Shown here: piece by piece, positions 43,825 through 46,366 of the stretch
Layout of the letters: each line of letters starts with the position of its first letter
How positions within the stretch are numbered: the stretch's first letter is position 1
Assembly: GCA_036502065.1 (NCBI GenBank)
Contig: DASXZF010000272.1
Span: forward strand, 1-46,366
DNA: 46,366 nucleotides
Reading direction: 5' to 3'
From: Gaiellales bacterium
GTDB lineage: Bacteria > Actinomycetota > Thermoleophilia > Gaiellales > JAICJC01
The notes under the pieces: generated by a model
What the model was told of the DNA's origin: nothing
The model's database searches: none
The model's input: only the letters and a program-made list of their open reading frames with translations
Program-made: the position numbers and the translations under genes

Positions 43825-43914
43825 CAATTGACATCCGTCCGATCCGCCAATTGACCGACGCCGGGGCGAGCCGGCCGCCCGAATCCAATTGGCATCCGCT
43901 CGAACTGCCAATTG
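43825..43914. repeat. array of four CAATTG palindromes arranged as two similar ~30-bp units
   Basis: CAATTG occurs at 43825, 43848, 43886 and 43909. Unit 1 is GCAATTGACATCCGTCCGATCCGCCAATTGAC and unit 2 is TCCAATTGGCATCCGCTCGAACTGCCAATTGCG. The intra-unit spacing is 23 bp in both. Confidence 0.7.
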
Positions 43915-43956
43915 CGCACGAGCCCGCCCTCGATCGCCGCGCCGTATCATCGCGCG

Positions 43957-44742
43957 ATGGACGCCGCGGCCCTCTGGGGCACGTTCGCCGAGCACGCCGC
44001 GCTGGTGATGAGCGGCGGCCGGGCGCCGGCACGGGCGTCCGGGCCGGGGTGGTTCGCCGTGCTCACGGGTGAGGCGCACTTCGAGCTGAACGAGTGCGCG
44101 CTCACCTCGCGGGCAGACGCGGCGGACGCCCGGGCGCTGGTCGCGTTCGTCTCGACCGCCGGCGTGCCCGCCCTTCTGTCGGTTGCCTCCGGCGCAGCGG
44201 CCGGCGTGACCGAGCCGCTCGTCGCGGCCGGCTTCGCGCCCGGCCCCGAGCACGAGCCGCTGATGTGGTGCCCCCGGCGCCTGCCCGTCGCAGCCGGCGC
44301 GCTTCGGGTCGAACCGGTGCGCTCGCAGGCCGATCGCGAGCGCGCGATCGCAATCGTGGCCGACGCGCATGCGATGGACGCCGCCGCGGCCGGCCGCGCC
44401 CTCGCGCCGCTGCCCGATCGCACCGGCCGGGTCACCGCCTGGCTCGCCTTCGAGGGCGACGAGCCGATCAGCGTCGTCTGGACGACGGCGGGCCGGCGGA
44501 TCGGCGTGTGGGAGATGATGACTCCCGCGCGCCACCGCCGGAAGGGGGCCGCGCGGGCGGCGCTCACCACCGCCCTCGACCGGATCTGGAGCGACGACAC
44601 CGAGGGCGCGTTCCTGTGGTCGACTCCGGCCGGCCGGCCGTTCTACGAGTCGGTGGGCTTCGCGTCGGTCGACGACGCGACCAGCTGGACGCTCGGCGCC
44701 GACCCCGAGCTGCTCGCCGCCATCGGCCAGCCCGTCGGCTGA
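43957..44742 (+). CDS. GNAT-family acetyltransferase-like protein
   Basis: The C-terminal half, VWEMMTPARHRRKGAARAALTTAL...PFYESVGF, resembles the acetyl-CoA-binding motif A. The ATG at 43957 was chosen. Confidence 0.55.
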   Translation: MDAAALWGTFAEHAALVMSGGRAPARASGPGWFAVLTGEAHFELNECALTSRADAADARALVAFVSTAGVPALLSVASGAAAGVTEPLVAAGFAPGPEHEPLMWCPRRLPVAAGALRVEPVRSQADRERAIAIVADAHAMDAAAAGRALAPLPDRTGRVTAWLAFEGDEPISVVWTTAGRRIGVWEMMTPARHRRKGAARAALTTALDRIWSDDTEGAFLWSTPAGRPFYESVGFASVDDATSWTLGADPELLAAIGQPVG

Positions 44743-44752
44743 GGGCGCGCAA

Positions 44753-44789
44753 GAGCCCCGCGCGCGGTACCGCTCCGCGCGCGGGGCTC
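44753..44789. terminator. strong GC-rich hairpin between convergent genes (likely bidirectional intrinsic terminator)
   Basis: GAGCCCCGCGCGCGG-taccgct-CCGCGCGCGGGGCTC has a perfect 15-bp stem and a 7-nt loop. It lies 10 nt after the GNAT stop and 13 nt after the stop of the minus-strand 44803 gene. Confidence 0.6.
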
Positions 44790-44802
44790 GGACGTCGTCG
44801 AA

Positions 44803-45072
44803 TCAGGCCTCGACGGCGCGGCGGTTGGCCAACCGCCCACCAGCGAATGCGAGGCCGATCAGGACGACGATCATCGCCACGCCGACGACCACGCCGACCC
44901 AGCCGATGCCCGTGCTCGTGCTGGCGACGGTGGCGGCCCTGTGGGCGGACGTTCCGGGGGAGGCCAGCCCCGAGGGCATCTGGAGCGGCTTGGCCTGGGC
45001 CAAGGGCGCGGTCAGCGCGAGCAGCGCGCCGGCGGCGACGAGGCTCTGGAGGGTGCGACGGACACGTGCCAT
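44803..45072 (-). CDS. 89-aa exported mini-protein: signal peptide plus C-terminal TM anchor with basic tail
   Basis: The ATG at 45072 is preceded by GGAG. The signal peptide is MARVRRTLQSLVAAGALLALTAPLAQA, followed by a Ser/Thr/Pro/Ala-rich stretch of about 30 aa, and then GIGWVGVVVGVAMIVVLIGLAFAGGRLANRR. Confidence 0.45.
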   Translation of the reverse strand: MARVRRTLQSLVAAGALLALTAPLAQAKPLQMPSGLASPGTSAHRAATVASTSTGIGWVGVVVGVAMIVVLIGLAFAGGRLANRRAVEA

Positions 45073-45140
45073 GGGGGTGCTCCGATCGTGGAGTGCGAAT
45101 CTCATGGCCTGGACGCTATTGCCGGCTCGCCGGCGCGTCT

Positions 45141-45201
45141 GCATCGACGGATGCACTCCATGTGTAACCCTCGATGCACTTCTCTGTGTAAATAAGGTTA
45201 C
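45141..45201. promoter_or_regulatory. repeat-rich promoter/operator region upstream of the crp/fnr-family gene
   Basis: There is an inverted repeat GCATC-gacg-GATGC (45141-45154). A tandem 23-bp unit reads GATGCACT..TGTGTAA, with GATGCACT at 45150 and 45173 and TGTGTAA at 45161 and 45185. A second inverted repeat is GTAACC (45164-45169) with GGTTAC (45196-45201). GTGTAA-ataagg-TTACGC resembles a degenerate CRP half-site pair. Confidence 0.4.
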
Positions 45202-45216
45202 GCTACTGACCGACGT

Positions 45217-45855
45217 ATGTCCGAATGGCCGATTCTTGCCCCGCTCCCCGACGACGAGCGCCGCCGCCTGCTGGCGCTCGCGCGCCGGCGCCGGTTCGCC
45301 AAGGGCGAGATCGTCGTCCACCGCGACGACCCGGCCGAGACGCTGCACCTGGTGCGCTCCGGCTGCCTGGCGGTGCGCGTCCTCACTCCCGTCGGTGACG
45401 TGGCCACGCTCGCGCTGGTCGGCCCCGGCGAGGCGGTCGGCGAGATGGGGCTCGTGCGCCGCGAGCGCATGCGCTCTGCCACCGTCCAGGCGCTCGCCCC
45501 CACCGAGACGCATTCGCTCGATCGGCGTGCGTTTGACCGGCTGCGGCGCGACCACCCCCATGTCGACGCCCTGCTCGTCCAGATCCTGGCCGACCGCGTC
45601 GCCGACCTGACCGTGCGGCTCGTCGACGCGCTCTACACGCCGGCCCCACGCCGGGTGGCAGGGCTGATCGATGCCCTCGCCGAGACCTACCGGGATGGAT
45701 CAGGCGCCGCGACGATCCCGCTCACCCAGGAGGAGCTCGCCAGCCTCGCCGGCACATCACGCCTGACCGTCAGTCGTGTCGTGCGCGAGATGCGCCGAGC
45801 CGGCCGGGTCGAGATCAGCCGCGGCCGGCTCGTCGTCAAACCATCTACGGGGTGA
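45217..45855 (+). CDS. Crp/Fnr-family transcriptional regulator
   Basis: The cNMP-binding domain includes RRRFAKGEIVVHRDDPAETLHLVRSG...GEMGL. The C-terminal HTH is TQEELASLAGTSRLTVSRVVREMRRAGRV. Confidence 0.85.
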   Translation: MSEWPILAPLPDDERRRLLALARRRRFAKGEIVVHRDDPAETLHLVRSGCLAVRVLTPVGDVATLALVGPGEAVGEMGLVRRERMRSATVQALAPTETHSLDRRAFDRLRRDHPHVDALLVQILADRVADLTVRLVDALYTPAPRRVAGLIDALAETYRDGSGAATIPLTQEELASLAGTSRLTVSRVVREMRRAGRVEISRGRLVVKPSTG

Positions 45856-46366
45856 TCGTGACGGTGTCCTGCACCCAGCCGGCCGTGTTGCCGTAGGCGT
45901 CCAGGGCCTCGAAGCGCACGATCGTCGTTCCAACCGTCTTAACCGTCGCGGTCGGGCCGTTGCGAAGCGCGCTCCACGTCGTGCCGCCATCGGTGGACGT
46001 CTCGTACTTGTACCCGGCGAAGCCAGGGGCCGAGTCGGTCGATCCCGAGGCGGTGACGGTCACCGGCGAGACGTTCGTCGGCTGGCCGCCGGCGCTGTCG
46101 GTGACGGTCGGGAGCGAGATCTCGGGGAACTCGCCGAAGCCCTGCTGGGTGACGCCGCCGATCTTCGTGAAGTCGCCGCCGGCCGTCAGGGTGCCGTCGC
46201 CGCCCGCGAGCGCGAACACGCCGAGGACGCCGTTGGCGCTCGGGTGCCAGGCCTCGAGGGTGCCGTTGGTCTCGTTGAGCGCGAGCAGGTGATCGCGCGC
46301 CGTCGGCGTCTTGCACGTGTTCACCCCGGGCACCTGGCCGCAGTAGTTGTTGAAGTGACCGCCGAC
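45845..46366 (-). CDS. C-terminal part of a secreted repeat protein (propeller-like repeat plus Ig-like domain); the 5' end is outside the window
   Basis: The frame stays open to the window edge (VGGHFNNYCGQVPGVNTCK...). GGDFTKIGGVTQQGFGEF is a repeat-like motif. The Ig/FN3-like tail reads YKYETSTDGGTTWSAL...VRFEALDAYGN. The stop overlaps the crp 3' end by 11 nt. Confidence 0.5.
   Translation of the reverse strand, partial: VGGHFNNYCGQVPGVNTCKTPTARDHLLALNETNGTLEAWHPSANGVLGVFALAGGDGTLTAGGDFTKIGGVTQQGFGEFPEISLPTVTDSAGGQPTNVSPVTVTASGSTDSAPGFAGYKYETSTDGGTTWSALRNGPTATVKTVGTTIVRFEALDAYGNTAGWVQDTVTITP

Noticed and set aside
1-46366. Search by eye for tRNA/rRNA genes, CRISPR arrays, IS elements/transposases, integrases, toxin-antitoxin pairs and known defence-system genes
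   Set aside because: I could recognise none. There are no long non-coding gaps (the largest are about 250-260 bp), no regularly spaced direct repeats, and no transposase- or integrase-like translations in the ORF track. A covariance-model or HMM scan (tRNAscan-SE, Infernal, ISfinder, DefenseFinder) would be needed to exclude them formally.

Overview
This is a 46.4-kb, very GC-rich segment. I estimate about 70% GC by eye, and every strand carries long Arg/Ala/Pro-rich shadow ORFs. The gene content looks like an Actinomycetota chromosome, possibly a motile Thermoleophilia/Conexibacter-like lineage; that is inference only. I call 55 protein-coding genes (two run off the window edges) and one gene fragment. 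I recognised no rRNA, tRNA, CRISPR array, transposase or integrase. The content is a loosely organised accessory/peripheral region with four main groups. (1) Small regulator-plus-effector modules: ECF sigma/anti-sigma, two ArsR-type, MarR, MocR and Crp/Fnr, several with clear palindromic operators in AT-rich divergent promoters. (2) Four cupins, three GNATs, two paralogous S51 peptidases and M1/M55 peptidases. (3) A dense set of second-messenger and signalling proteins: PAS-GGDEF-EAL, a membrane GGDEF, an MCP signalling domain fused to a solute-binding domain, a STAS fusion, GAF-ANTAR, an MFS-cNMP fusion and Crp. (4) Several tightly coupled small operons. The most system-like candidate for new biology is the translationally coupled trio of a glutamine-synthetase-like ligase, a class II (Ntn) amidotransferase-like hydrolase and an SDR (20243-23321), which has a truncated second class II amidotransferase fragment directly downstream. 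It looks like a gamma-glutamyl 'tag-modify-release' pathway that I cannot map onto a described one. Other items worth follow-up are the TM-less MCP-SBP fusion, a degenerate-filter channel / flippase-like / YcaQ-like operon, an array of four CAATTG palindromes, a perfect 26-bp palindrome, and tandem repeats in the crp promoter. All product calls come from motif and family recognition by eye. No database search was run, and start codons are best guesses.
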